A DNA stretch of 64,000 bases, from the NCBI GenBank assembly GCA_951406725.2, contig OX597832.1:5518001-5582000 (forward strand), written 5' to 3'. Below are positions 1 to 11,594 of the stretch, piece after piece. How positions within the stretch are numbered: the first letter of the stretch is position 1; every line of letters begins with the position of its first letter. The notes under the pieces were generated by a model. It was not told the origin of the DNA and did no database searches. It was given only the letters and a program-made list of their open reading frames with translations. The translations under genes and the position numbers were made by a program. The stretch comes from Octopus vulgaris. Lineage: Eukaryota.

Positions 1-88
<88 letters not shown>
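1..88. repeat. (TA)n/(TG)n compound microsatellite
   Basis: Pure dinucleotide runs read directly. Confidence 0.95.
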
Positions 89-89
<1 letters not shown>

Positions 90-92
<3 letters not shown>

Positions 93-208
93 TGACGGGC
101 TTCTTTCAGTTTCCATCTACCAAATCCAATCACTAGGCTTTGATCGGCCCGAGGCTATAGTAGAAGGCACTTGCCCAAGGTGCCACGCAGTGGTTACTTA
201 CCACACAG

Positions 209-210
<2 letters not shown>
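90..210 (-). mobile_element. Partial copy of the main tRNA-derived SINE (family A)
   Basis: gacgggcttctttcagtttcc...cacttgcccaaggtgccacgcagtgg...cttaccacacagcc matches the full copies at 24168-24565 and 61327-61772. Confidence 0.85.
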
Positions 211-241
<31 letters not shown>

Positions 242-711
242 TGTTTATGTGTGTGTATAAAATATTTTTTGTCGTGGTTTAAGTCAATAGACTGTGACTC
301 CAATACTTTTTCTGGTGCTTATTTTATCGCCCTCATCAGGAGAGGGTGAGGGAAGGAGGAGAAACGGACAGACAGACAGACAAGTCATACTGCCACAAAA
401 TAGTTTTTAATTCGATGCAAAGGTATTGTTCATTCCACGCCGACACTCACACATGCGCGCGCGCGTGCGTGTCCTCTCTAATGCTCATACGTTGCAGACT
501 TATATGTCAACACCTGTCTATTCCCATACGCTTTAATTAGTAATGCCAAATATTGGCCGTTCATATAACAATAATTCTCGAAATCGAAATAATACAAACT
601 TTGGAACTGAATCAATATCAATCATACAGATCCATCTTCCATTAGCTTAGTAAACTGTTTGAAACTATTAACAGCTGAGTATTACCCAGGTTCATTGAAT
701 TCCAAGTTGTT

Positions 712-1037
712 TGTATGTATGTATGTATGTATGTATGTATGTATGTATGTATGTATGTATGTATGTATGTATGTATGTATGTATGTGTATGTATCTAATG
801 TATGTATGTGTGTATGTGTGTATGTATCTAATGTATGTATGTATGTATGTATGTATGTATGTGTGCACGTGTGTACGTTTGTACGTATGTATGTATGTGT
901 GTATGTATGGTTGTATGTATGTATGTATGTACGTGTGTATGTATGTGTGTATGTATGTATGTATGTATGTACGTACGTACGTACGTATCTATGTATGTAT
1001 GTATGTATGCATGCATGCATGCATGTATGTATGTATG

Positions 1038-1069
<32 letters not shown>

Positions 1070-1095
1070 TGTATGTATGTATGTATGTATGTATA
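712..1095. repeat. Long degenerate (GTAT)n tetranucleotide array
   Basis: Direct reading; produces the spurious MYVC/HTYI ORFs. Confidence 0.97.
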
Positions 1096-1158
1096 TCACT
1101 TTGATTTATCTGTCTACATCCGCATACATAAATATACATTTACGTTCATACATACATA

Positions 1159-1297
1159 CGAGAATCGACTGAAAAGTTCATAGGCTACCAAGATAATCTC
1201 ATGGAATGTGATCAAACGAGGCTTATTTTTCAACACAGTCCCCCTTGCAGTCCACGCACTTCTCCCAGTAGTGTTGCAGTGCTTGGATTCCATTGGA
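1159..1297 (-). mobile_element. Mariner (irritans/Himar1-like) 3'-terminal fragment with TIR
   Basis: TA then TIR-like cgagaatcgactgaaaagttcataggct (same family as the TIR ending at 34732); minus strand reads GIQALQHYWEKCVDCKGDCVEK*, a mariner C-terminus. Confidence 0.8.
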
Positions 1298-1299
1298 TC

Positions 1300-1500
1300 T
1301 CATTGGTGAAAAAGCCGAAGTAGAAGACACCACGTCTATGGACCAGAAGTTGGAATCTATGAGTGAAAGACTTCATTGCTTTTTTCTTAATATGGTCTAG
1401 GACGACTGTATATTTCAGAAGCATATCATCTACTATTGAGGTGTAGTACCCCACCATGGGTCTAACTTGAGTTTTGTTGGAGACTGAAGTACTTTTTGGC
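1300..1500 (-). mobile_element. Degenerate LINE (CR1/Jockey-like) C-terminal remnant
   Basis: Minus-strand KTQVRPMVGYYTSI...LDHIKKKAMK...HRRGV resembles the post-RT QVRPxMEY...LDRIQxRA...HRR region. Confidence 0.5.
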
Positions 1501-1727
1501 TCTAAAGAGGATCTTCAGTAGTTGTTGTGATTGAGTTCAATAAAGGGGAGTTCAATAAAGGAATAAAGGAATACTAGTAGCATAGCTAGTAGGGGAGGGG
1601 GTAGTTGGCCCCAGGCGGCACTATTATGGGGTGGAACTTTTTGGTCTGCTGTATAAGAATGTATAGGCTTGGGATCCTGGGAGAGAATTGCTCGTCAAGC
1701 TCAAGGGTTGCCCTGGATGCGAATTTT

Positions 1728-2675
1728 TTTTTTCCCCACGAGAGTTCCGCACCCCAGTAAAGTACTCATTTGTATGCAACCAATCAGGGTTAACAAATGT
1801 TGGCATTCAAAATGGTGACCTCCGATTACCATGCGAATCTTGTATTGTGCTCATTCAGATGCCAATATCATCGATACTGTGCACATAGACTTGTTAGTGG
1901 TGTGTTTGAATTACTCTAGCAATCAAAGATAATGTTTTGGCCGAATATGAAAGTATGGGAAACTGCTTTTATAAATACACTAATGTCAATATTCTGAAAA
2001 CAGCACTACACAGGTCGACTTTACCTTTCATCCTTTCGGGGTCGATAAATTTAAGTACCAGTTGCGTACTGGGGTCGATCTAATCGACTGGTCCCATCCC
2101 CCAAAATTTCGGGTCTTGTGCCTTGAGTAGGCAAATAATATTTGTAAACAATGTGATAAGTCTCCGGTAATTTTATTTCATGTAAATAACTCTTATTTAG
2201 CTGTAATTTTTAGCACACCTTACAACCACCAGTGTTTAATGCAAATGCGATAAACAACACGTTACATGCGATAAACACATTACAATTTTACAGAAAGATT
2301 TAGACGAATTAGATGAAAGTTCTCCGGTGATTCCTGTTCTTGTAAATAAATGTTTATGTTAATTTAAAAGAGAAAAACAGTTGATTTTAAATCTCTGAGC
2401 GAGATGTTGGCAAATAAACTTTAATTTAAAAGATTTATCAAAACATCTTATTTAGCTGTTATTTTTAGCACATCTCACAGCCATCTGAATGCTCAATGAC
2501 AAAAAGAAACAAACATAACCTAGACGGCGAGGTGACTGTCTGCCAGTAGAGAGGGAAAGAGTAAAGAATGCACGGTGCTGACTAGAAAGGAAGAAAAGAT
2601 AAAGGTGGCTCTGCTCTGATTAGCTATATGCAAATGAGTTCATTACTGGGGTCCGAAACTCTCGTGGGGAAAAAA
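1728..2675. mobile_element. Non-autonomous DNA-transposon-like element with ~60-bp inverted arms, interrupted by a SINE
   Basis: 1728-1787 (ttttccccacgagagttccgcaccccagtaaagtactcatttgtatgcaaccaatcag) is the near reverse complement of 2616-2675. Confidence 0.7.
2012..2133 (+). mobile_element. SINE family C fragment (central domain gcctttcatcctttcggggtcgataaa)
   Basis: Same domain recurs at ~4040-4250, 11595-12080, 12640-12765(-), 35873-36085, 48985-49150(-), 50626-50835(-); resembles the Meta/Sauria-type SINE domain (from memory). Confidence 0.75.
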
Positions 2676-2719
2676 TGGCACACATGCTAGCTACACCACT
2701 GGTGTTGCCTAGCATTTAA

Positions 2720-3230
2720 AGTGATTGTGTGGCTTCTAGTTTTGTGTTCTTCCTATTTAGGCAATAGGGAGGTGTGATAATGTTTTTTGACGTGGAGTTA
2801 TTGTCTGTTGAAAGAGATGACTTCCATTAAAGGATGTTTTGTGGGTATCTGTTCATGAAATCAGTGCATATTTGGTGTGACATTGCTTATGTGCGAGGAG
2901 GAACTGAGACCGATGACATATACGTAGAAATGGAATTGATGGCAAGTAGTTTGTTAATGTAAAACAAGAAGAGTTCTTTAACAAAACCGAACTCTGACGC
3001 ACACACTGACGGGAAACCTGCCAATCCAAGCGATGAAGGGTGAATAAAGCCGATAGGCGGGACGTTTTGCCAAGAAATCTGTGAGATAGACCCGGCCAAA
3101 AGCTTTGTTCATGTCGTTAGCAACAACACTGCTTCCAGCAATTTTTCGAGGGTGAAAGTCCGCTGGTAATTGACATAGGATAGTTGATCTTCAGCAGATT
3201 TGGCATTCAAAGGCCGTAGTGTTGGTCATT
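2720..3230 (-). mobile_element. Degenerate LINE reverse-transcriptase remnant
   Basis: Minus-strand VANDMNKAFG (DxxKAFD motif) and LFLFYINKLL (LFxxYINDL motif), broken by frameshifts. Confidence 0.55.
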
Positions 3231-3457
3231 AAAATTAATGAGAGAAAGAGAGAGAAGGGGAGAGTTGGGAGAGAGAGGAGAGAGAGAGAAATGGGAGAGT
3301 GAAGTTAGAAATGGTTGTAGCTGTTGTTAACGGTTGTCTACATCATCTTTAGGGTGTTGGAAATGAATGCAATGAATCGTTCATTGACAGAAGGTGGGGG
3401 TTACCTTTTGGGAAAACGAACTCAGCATGTTTGGAAATAACGGGTTATATCCCCGTG

Positions 3458-3500
<43 letters not shown>

Positions 3501-3506
<6 letters not shown>

Positions 3507-3968
3507 AAGAGATTGAAAGAGTTTGTTGGGTATAGGAGTTAGTATGAAACGCATTGTATGAAGTATACTGAACATTATTAAAGCCGTGGATTTTGTTATT
3601 TTGAAACGACAGATAATTTTGCATTTGAAGTTTATATGAGTGTGGTGGAGTGGAAACGGTTTGTATAGAGGGAGATTTGTATGAGAGTACACATACATAC
3701 ATACATACATACATACATACATACATACATACATACATACATACATACATACATACATACATACATAGGTACATACATACACACATGCACGACACACGCT
3801 CACACACACACATTTATATCAGAAGTTGAGAGTAAGACAAAGAAATTATGGCATGACCTGAAAGCAGTGTTAGAGAAAGACTTTAATCACGGTTTCTAAA
3901 CCAAACTAAAAGAATATACTTACGTGTATCCACATGCACGTGCTTCCATTTAGATGCGTATACGTGTC
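3501..3968 (+). repeat. Copy 1 of a ~480-bp direct repeat (copy 2 at 9592-10083)
   Basis: Near-identical to 9592-10083 apart from (ACAT)n/(CA)n lengths and a few substitutions. Confidence 0.95.
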
Positions 3969-4531
3969 TCTTCGTGTCTTTGTTTTTGTTTTTTAGACAT
4001 AAATATTAAAATATTTTTAGACATATATATTAAAAAATCGTTAGCACGTCGGCCAAAATACTTTGCAGCATTTTGTCCGTCATTAAGTTCTGAGTTCAAA
4101 TTCCGCCGAGATTGACTATGTCTTTCATCCTTTCGGGGTTGATAAAATAAGAAACAGCTGAGCACTGGGGTAGATATAATCGAATTACCCGTCCCCCGAC
4201 TTAGCCCCTCCCCCGAAATTGCTGGCTTTGTGCCAAAACTTCAAACCAATATTTAGACATAAATGATTAAAATCATTTGAAGATATTCTAGCCCTACGTT
4301 CTTTACATTCAAACAACGTGTCTCAGACTAGACTCTCTGCTAGGCAGGGGGAACCTTTTTGGAGAAGTGGGCAGCAGGAGACATGGGTCATCATTTCGCG
4401 GGGTGCGCAACTAAAAAATGGTATTTTCCTTCTGAAATGTGTGTGTGCCATTCAGAAAGTCCCGTGGACCGCAGTTTGACCATGACTGTTCTACACACAT
4501 TCTTTCAAGACTTCTTATAATTTTTTTAATG

Positions 4532-4950
4532 GAGCAGGCGTCGCTGTGAGCTAAAAAATTTGCTTCCAAACTACAAGGTTTTGGATTCAGGTTCACTGCT
4601 TGGCGACTTGAGCAAGTGATTTCTGTGACAGTCCCTGGCTGATGACCAAAGTTTTGTGAGTGGATTTGGTACACAGAAACTGAAAGAAATCGGCCATGTA
4701 TGTGTATGGGTGTGCATCAATGTGTATGTCTGTGTTTGTGCTGTGTTTGCCTCCGCCACTACTTCACAACCAGTATTGGTTCGTTTACGTCCCTGTAACT
4801 TAGGGGCTCGGCGAAAAAGACTGATAGAATAAGTACCAGACTTAAAATAAATAAGTAGTGGGGTAGATTTGTTCGACGAAAAAACTCATTCAAGACGGTG
4901 CCTCATCATGGCCGCGGTCCAGTGCCAAAAACAAGTAAAACAAAAATAGA
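4532..4950 (+). mobile_element. SINE family A, diverged full-length copy
   Basis: tRNA-like head, cttgagcaagtg core, 3' end catggccgcggtcc...aaacaagtaaaa. Confidence 0.8.
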
Positions 4951-5359
4951 AAAAAAGGTATCTCAAATTCCCTATATAACTATGTGATTCCGTGTTTTAT
5001 TCCAGTTTTCCCCCAATGATAAATATTTTTGACAGCTTTTTGGAAGTACGCGATCTGAAACGACTCCTACCACTTTGGTGTCAGCAAACATTGACAGGTG
5101 AGATGTAAACGAAGAACAAAGAGTAAAAGAATAAAAGAGGGAAATAAGAGAGATATAAAATCTGACAGAGAAATTAACTGTACTTTTTCTTTCTTTTCTT
5201 CTTTATATGTATGTATGTGTGTGTGTGTGTGTGTGCGTGCGTGTGTGGATGTGTGTGAATGTGTGTGTATATATAGAGAGAAATTGACGGACAGATAAAT
5301 AGATAGATAGAGAGAAAGAGAAAGAGAGAGAGCGAAAGAAAGAAAGAAGGAAAGAAGGA

Positions 5360-5415
<56 letters not shown>

Positions 5416-5434
5416 GTATGTAGGGTTGTATATA

Positions 5435-5804
5435 TTCTTCATGTTTCAGTTGGTCATGCTGGGGTACCGCCTTGAAGGAGTTCAATCGAACGAAACGACC
5501 CCTGTAACTTTTTTTCTTCTTCAAACCTAGCACTTATTCTATCGGTCTCTTTTACCGAACTACTAAGTTACAGGGATGTAAACACACCAGCATCGGTTCT
5601 CAGGCGGTGATGTGGGACACACTCACACAAACACACACACACATATAAATATGACGGGCTTCTTTCAGTTTCCGTCGACCAAATCCATTCACAAGGCTTT
5701 GGTAGGACAGAAGCTATTGTAGAAAGCACTTGTCCAAGGTGCTATGCAGTGGGACTGAACCCGGAAGCATGTGGTTCGGTAGCAAACTTCTTACCACACC
5801 TGCA

Positions 5805-5805
<1 letters not shown>
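5435..5805 (-). mobile_element. SINE family A copy, inverted relative to 4532-4950
   Basis: tgtttcagt...tacttattctatcggtctctttt...cacttgtccaaggtg...cttaccacac. Confidence 0.85.
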
Positions 5806-5839
<34 letters not shown>

Positions 5840-6149
5840 ATATTGTTATTATCATTAATTTGTTCTGTTATTTTCTACGCAGGTAAACGAACTATATATT
5901 GAATATCCTCTTGAAGAAAATTGAATCTAAAATTAGCCTTCATCAATGAAAATTATTTTCCACGCTCTGAAAACAGTTTATTTTTCTCCCCTTCTTTGTT
6001 TTCGAACAACGGTACCAGAATAAATATGAGTAGCCTTATTTGGGGAATGAGATAATGTGATTGTAGATATAAATCCGGTGTATTATTTGTTTTTATATGT
6101 AACGGGTTTTTCATTCGCGCTCGTACTAGGATTCCAGTGTGTGACACCC

Positions 6150-6156
6150 ATATAAA
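6150..6156 (+). promoter_or_regulatory. Possible TATA box upstream of the profilin-like ORF
   Basis: ATATAAA about 230 nt before the ATG, in a CpG-retaining non-repetitive stretch; weak evidence in AT-rich DNA. Confidence 0.25.
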
Positions 6157-6382
6157 CACGCCTACTTCAGCTAATCAACAGGTGTGTCTGAGCATGTATG
6201 TGTGTGTTGTACGTAATAGATTAGATTAAATAGGAGTAATATAAAGCGTTGAAATCAGTCTATCAGTTGCAATAAGCCAGGTTGGTGAGATAACAGCTGT
6301 TCCCGACTTTGTTACCTAAGAAGAGCAAAGACATCTTTAAATACAAATTTACAACTCGTGAGAAAAACTTACCAAACTCAAA

Positions 6383-6757
6383 ATGCTGATGCGAGATGTC
6401 CTGTACAAGCTAACGGCTCGTGGCAAAGTTGAACATGCAGCTATCTACAATTTTAACGGAGAAAAAATTGCCAACACTGATGGAGTCGAGTTAAGTGTCG
6501 ATGAGATCAAATCTTTAATGCAATGTCTCACGGATCAAAAAAAGCAGCTGATACAGATGAAACTGGCAGGCAACTCATATACCTGCATGCATCATACAAC
6601 ACCAAATGCGTTCGTCGGTAGAGCTGATCAAACTCTTTTTGTGGCTTGCAAATGTAAAAAGAGTCTTGTCGTGGGACTAGCGCACACTGACTCACCCGGT
6701 TCTTGTATCTATGAAATAACAAAATTCGGTTCACAGATTCGACAGCGAGGTTATTGA
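6383..6757 (+). CDS. Profilin-family protein (divergent, profilin-4-like), uninterrupted ORF of 124 aa
   Basis: Profilin-sized ORF with the fold signature: L..TARGKVEHAAIY..G..IA.T.G..LS.DEIK.L, LAG..Y.C, V.K.KKSLVVG, C-terminal helix ending RQRGY; AAAATG start context. Confidence 0.85.
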   Translation: MLMRDVLYKLTARGKVEHAAIYNFNGEKIANTDGVELSVDEIKSLMQCLTDQKKQLIQMKLAGNSYTCMHHTTPNAFVGRADQTLFVACKCKKSLVVGLAHTDSPGSCIYEITKFGSQIRQRGY

Positions 6758-8576
6758 AAGGAAGAACTTCTTAGCGTGATTTTATTTCATGAACATTCAA
6801 TTCGCCATTCATTCTACATGCATTTATTTATTTCAAAACCTTACTTGCTTTAAAAGTAAACATCATGAAATAAGGAATTTATGCTTTGAAACAAAGAACA
6901 AGCACATTCGTGGCGATAACTGAAAGTGAATTGTTCCCAAAAGTGACAGTATTGATTTTAAGATTCTCATTGAAAGGAATACATCTTTGAAAGTCTGTAG
7001 GAGTACAACATATTTGACTTTAAAAAAAAAGAAAGAAAAATTGATCAAGCCCGACTGAAATTGAGCTTGCGAAAAAGAAGGAAATCTTTTTGTCGAATCT
7101 GAAGCAACAATTTCTTATCCAATTTGTAGAAATTTAAGAAATTGGAAGAAAAAGAAGGAGAAAGAAAAGGTTTTCATCGTAAGAAATTGAGAGTTAAAAG
7201 GCAGTTTCATATGCTCTTCATATGATATCATTCGCAAAAAAAAGGAATCTTTTATTCTTTTTTCTTTTTTTAATCAATGTAAACAAAAAGAAATTCTTGC
7301 TATGTCTCACTGTTGACAATTTATGACCAACGGATTTTCTGTGGAAATTATGCAGTGAATATTTATTGAATTGAAATTATATATATAATATAAATGTGTT
7401 GTCTATTATTTTTAGAAATCCATTTATGAAAATTAATATTTATTAATTGCAACAACTACTGAACTGCATTAAAATACAATAATTACATCATGAACATAAT
7501 GAGTTTAGAGTTTAAGGGAAATAACTCTTAATGTGTTTTTTTTTTTTATCTCGTTTGGAATAAATTGCTGAGGGTGGGGTGAAAAAGCCGAAAAAAAAAA
7601 AAAAATTCAGCTGTTTCGAAGAGGTAAATAAATTTTAGCATGAAATTTTACTGAAATTTGTTTGTAAAAATACAACGAAAGGGGAAAAAAATTAAAAAAA
7701 CCAAACTAAATAGAAGAAAGGATTTGTGGAGAGAAAAAAGTTTCGGGATTTGGTTGATACCAACAAACCAAACAATAATATGATCAGTTGAAGAAAAAGA
7801 AAAATGTTTGGCTAATGACAACATCATTGAAAAAAAAAAAGTTGTATGGGGGGGAGGAGACCGAGTGAAGATGAGAGGAACAAAGAGACGGAGAAAGAGA
7901 ACGAGGAAAAAACTGAAAAATGGTAAATAAAACATGCTTACATCATTTGCAATATCGTTTTGTTGAAAAAAATAATAATTAAACGAATGTAAATATAACA
8001 ATATAGTTGATGTGACATTCTACCGCAACGTAATTGTTTTAATTAAGAAAAAAAAAAGAGAGAAAAAGACAAAATATATTGAAATTGATGAAATAACTGT
8101 TTTCCAGTTTGACAATCAAAATAAACTTGCGTATTGTGATTCAAATACTTCAATTTTTGCTTAAATATTTTTAAAGCTTGTAACATAAACATTTTCCAGT
8201 ATTTGAGTGGTTATCGAATGAAAAGTAAAATGATTTACGCACAGAGATACACATACTCAAATACACACATACTCACATACACATTTCCTCACAACATTAC
8301 TTATTAAATTTAAAAGAAATGATCAAATAAAACAAAATGAAACTTTTTACAGATAGTTTTCGTGTTTTGTCACTGTTTAAGTTCAGTCTGATTCGTTGGA
8401 ATTTGTTTTAAGGGAAAAGTGCTTTTGCTAACCTACGCAGAATATGTTATTTGTTAAAAGGTCTGAGATCAAAGACTATGTTTTGGAATAGCTGTCCCTC
8501 GAAGTCACACATTTCGTTAGAAAGGAACGGGGTATAGACAGGGTACAGAAGTGTGGAGCGTAGAAGTGCAACATAC

Positions 8577-8638
<62 letters not shown>

Positions 8639-8729
8639 CAAATGAAGAATACGCACACCACTCATTTTCGGCGGAACCCTAAACACCGGGCGTGCATATT
8701 CTTTACCTTCGCCTATATGGATATATATA

Positions 8730-8807
8730 TATAATCAAAATAAGCAACAAGGATATCCAGAGGTAATGCATTACCTCTGGATATCCTTGTTGCTTATTTT
8801 GATTATA
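8730..8807. repeat. 78-bp perfect, loopless palindrome
   Basis: tataatcaaaataagcaacaaggatatccagaggtaatg|cattacctctggatatccttgttgcttattttgattata. Confidence 0.95.
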
Positions 8808-8884
8808 ATCACCCCATTTTGAATTATATGGATAATACCATACTAAATTCTGGTGCCTTTAACTTAAGTACCATATTCAATTGA

Positions 8885-8885
<1 letters not shown>

Positions 8886-8960
<75 letters not shown>

Positions 8961-8982
8961 GTCTGTCTGTCTGTCTATCTGT

Positions 8983-9060
<78 letters not shown>
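8886..9060. repeat. (TCTA)n/(TC)n/(TA)n compound microsatellite
   Basis: Direct reading. Confidence 0.95.
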
Positions 9061-9063
<3 letters not shown>

Positions 9064-9135
9064 GGTCCCGGGTTGATTCGGGGTTAACCACAGTAAGTAA
9101 GGTACTCAATACATAGCAGAGTAAAATTAATTTAT

Positions 9136-9192
9136 TATATAGAAGGAGCTTCTACAGGACTTGAATGAAACAGTACTAGTCCTGTAGGCTCC

Positions 9193-9201
<9 letters not shown>
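9136..9201. repeat. Short hairpin element embedded between (TA)n tracts
   Basis: tatatagaaggagcttctacaggact ... agtcctgtaggctccttctatata inverted arms with a 16-nt spacer. Confidence 0.85.
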
Positions 9202-9254
<53 letters not shown>

Positions 9255-9591
9255 TTTATGCTCTTTCTCTTCTAGTTTCAGTCATTGGACTATGGCCATG
9301 CTGATTGCACTGCCTTGAAAAATTTGGTCGAATAAATCGACGCAGTATTTCAGTATTCCCAGTAGTATCAAGGTACCGTGAAGTGAGGATGGCACTTCGA
9401 GGGACAGCTATCCAAAAAGTGCCACCTTTTCAGTGTACAGATCACTGTACTATTCAATGAATGAAACTATTCGATGTTGAAAATCGAATGGACTCTATGT
9501 TGTACCTAGAGCTCATTTCCTCTGGAGATCTTTTGAATGTAGCATATCACTTTCACTTTCTAGTATAAGTTTGTTTCATGGGTGCAAAGAA

Positions 9592-9853
9592 AGAGATGAA
9601 AGAGATTGAAAGAGTTTGTTGGGTATAGGAGTTAGTATGAAACGCATTGTATGAAGTATACTGAACATTATTAAAGCCGTGGATTTTGTTATTTTGAAAC
9701 GACAGGAGATAATTTGCATTTGAAGTTTATATGAGCGTGGTGGAGTGGAAACGGTTTGTATAGAGGGAGGTTTGTATGAGAGTACACATACATACATACA
9801 TACGTACATACATACATGCATGCATACATACATACACACGTGCACTACACACG

Positions 9854-9928
<75 letters not shown>

Positions 9929-10083
9929 TTATATCAGAAGTTGACAGTAAGACAAAGAAATTATGGCATGACCTGAAAGCAGTGTTAGAGAAAGACTTTA
10001 ATCACGGTTTCTAAACCAAACTAAAAGAATATACTTACGTGTATCCCCATGCGCGTGCTTCCATTTATATGCGTATACATGTC
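9592..10083 (+). repeat. Copy 2 of the ~480-bp direct repeat
   Basis: Matches 3501-3968. Confidence 0.95.
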
Positions 10084-10897
10084 ATTCTTTTTTACATTTT
10101 ACAATGTTCTATGGCCAGAGTTATACCGTATTTGATGCCATGAAAGACGCACGGGCATATTCAACGAGCCACAATTTCGGCGGAGTATATTCAGGAAAAA
10201 TAAGTTTTTAGTGCATTAAAGCTTATGAGAACCGCAACTTGCTTATTGGAGCCGGAACGATTTTTTAAAACAATTTTTTGGGGGGTGAGGAGCGTTTTAT
10301 ATGTCGTCAAATATTGTGATTTTATATATATATATATAACGGGAAGCTTTATGAAAATAAACAAAAGACGAAGGCAGGTGGAATACAAACAAACACTTGT
10401 ATTAGTATGGCGCTCAGGAACATAAATAAAACAAGTCTTTTACCTTTCGAGCCTACGCTCTTCAACAGAAAGATACACAGAAAAGAAACAAGGAGAGAAA
10501 AAAATGCGTGCAGAAGCTACTTACCACACAGCCACTCCTGCGCCTATATATATATATTATTTAGATGTATCAGAGTTAATTTAGATCAATGAATGTACGA
10601 CTTCACTTTCACTTTCGCCGGTCAGCTGCTGGTATTGTTTCCGTTGACGGCTGGCGAAGTTTTATAAATTCATATAGTTTTTTTTTTCTTGAAGTCGCCC
10701 AAGTAATCAGCTGATATATTTATATGTTTATCTACTTATTTATTTATTGGTATGTTGTTAATTTTTGTGATTGATGTTGAATTTATGCTGTATCACACAC
10801 ACACACGCATGTTGTTATTTGGCGGGGAAGATGGTCATCTTTTGCCAATTAAACTTACGCACTATTTATTTCATCTTCACATTAGTTTTCATATTAA

Positions 10898-11364
10898 GAG
10901 AGCAGTGCATGACATCAAAGTGACACTGGGGTAAAATATACGAAGCCCAGTATATCCATCATGACTACCCGTCTGATAAGGGTACACTAGGCACATGCAA
11001 CACAACAATATGAGCGCCAAATAGTGATCTCATAAAAAGATAAACAGCACATGACCTTGCATGTGGGGCCCAGTTAGAATTTTCATCTGGTCGAGTAGTC
11101 TATCCGCTCAAAAGGTCCCTGAATAACGGTTGTTTAAGGATGTTGAACGAAACACCCATGTTTCCAGGGGTGAATTATTCAGACCCCAAAGAATCCTTCT
11201 CAACACATGGCTATGATGCTCCCCGCTTACTTCTGCTCGTGATCAGAGATGCACATATCGTCAGCTACTAAGGGACATGCTCAACGGGTTGTGGTCAAAC
11301 AACTGACAAGCAAATCTGTGGTATTGAGCAGAATATTTGTTGTAGCCCATCTTTTATACCAAGA
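10898..11364. mobile_element. Interspersed repeat family D, associated with (ATT)n tracts
   Basis: Inverted copy at 12238-12580; same-orientation partial copy at 15665-15860. Confidence 0.85.
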
Positions 11365-11594
11365 ATTATTATTATTATTATTATTATTATTATTTTATTT
11401 GTTCACCAAAGTTCTTTCGTCACTCATTCTGTGATTTTTTGAACCAAATATTTCAGCAACAACAAAAATTTAATTCATAAATCCTTGCATACAACAAACA
11501 AGCTGGCTGCTGCTTGCACAACTTTGACATCAATGTAAATTTCAACTATCAGTTAGACAAATGCGAAAGTCAGAGTATTGTTATAGAAAGATTT

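Noticed and set aside
659-1183. Long MYVC/HTYI ORFs and similar YIYI/CVCV/LSLS ORFs throughout
   Set aside because: Translations of stop-free microsatellites
1575-2701. Outer hAT-like TIR pair (tagtagcatagctag / ctagctacaccactg)
   Set aside because: Left end is degenerate and no 8-bp TSD matches; not called separately
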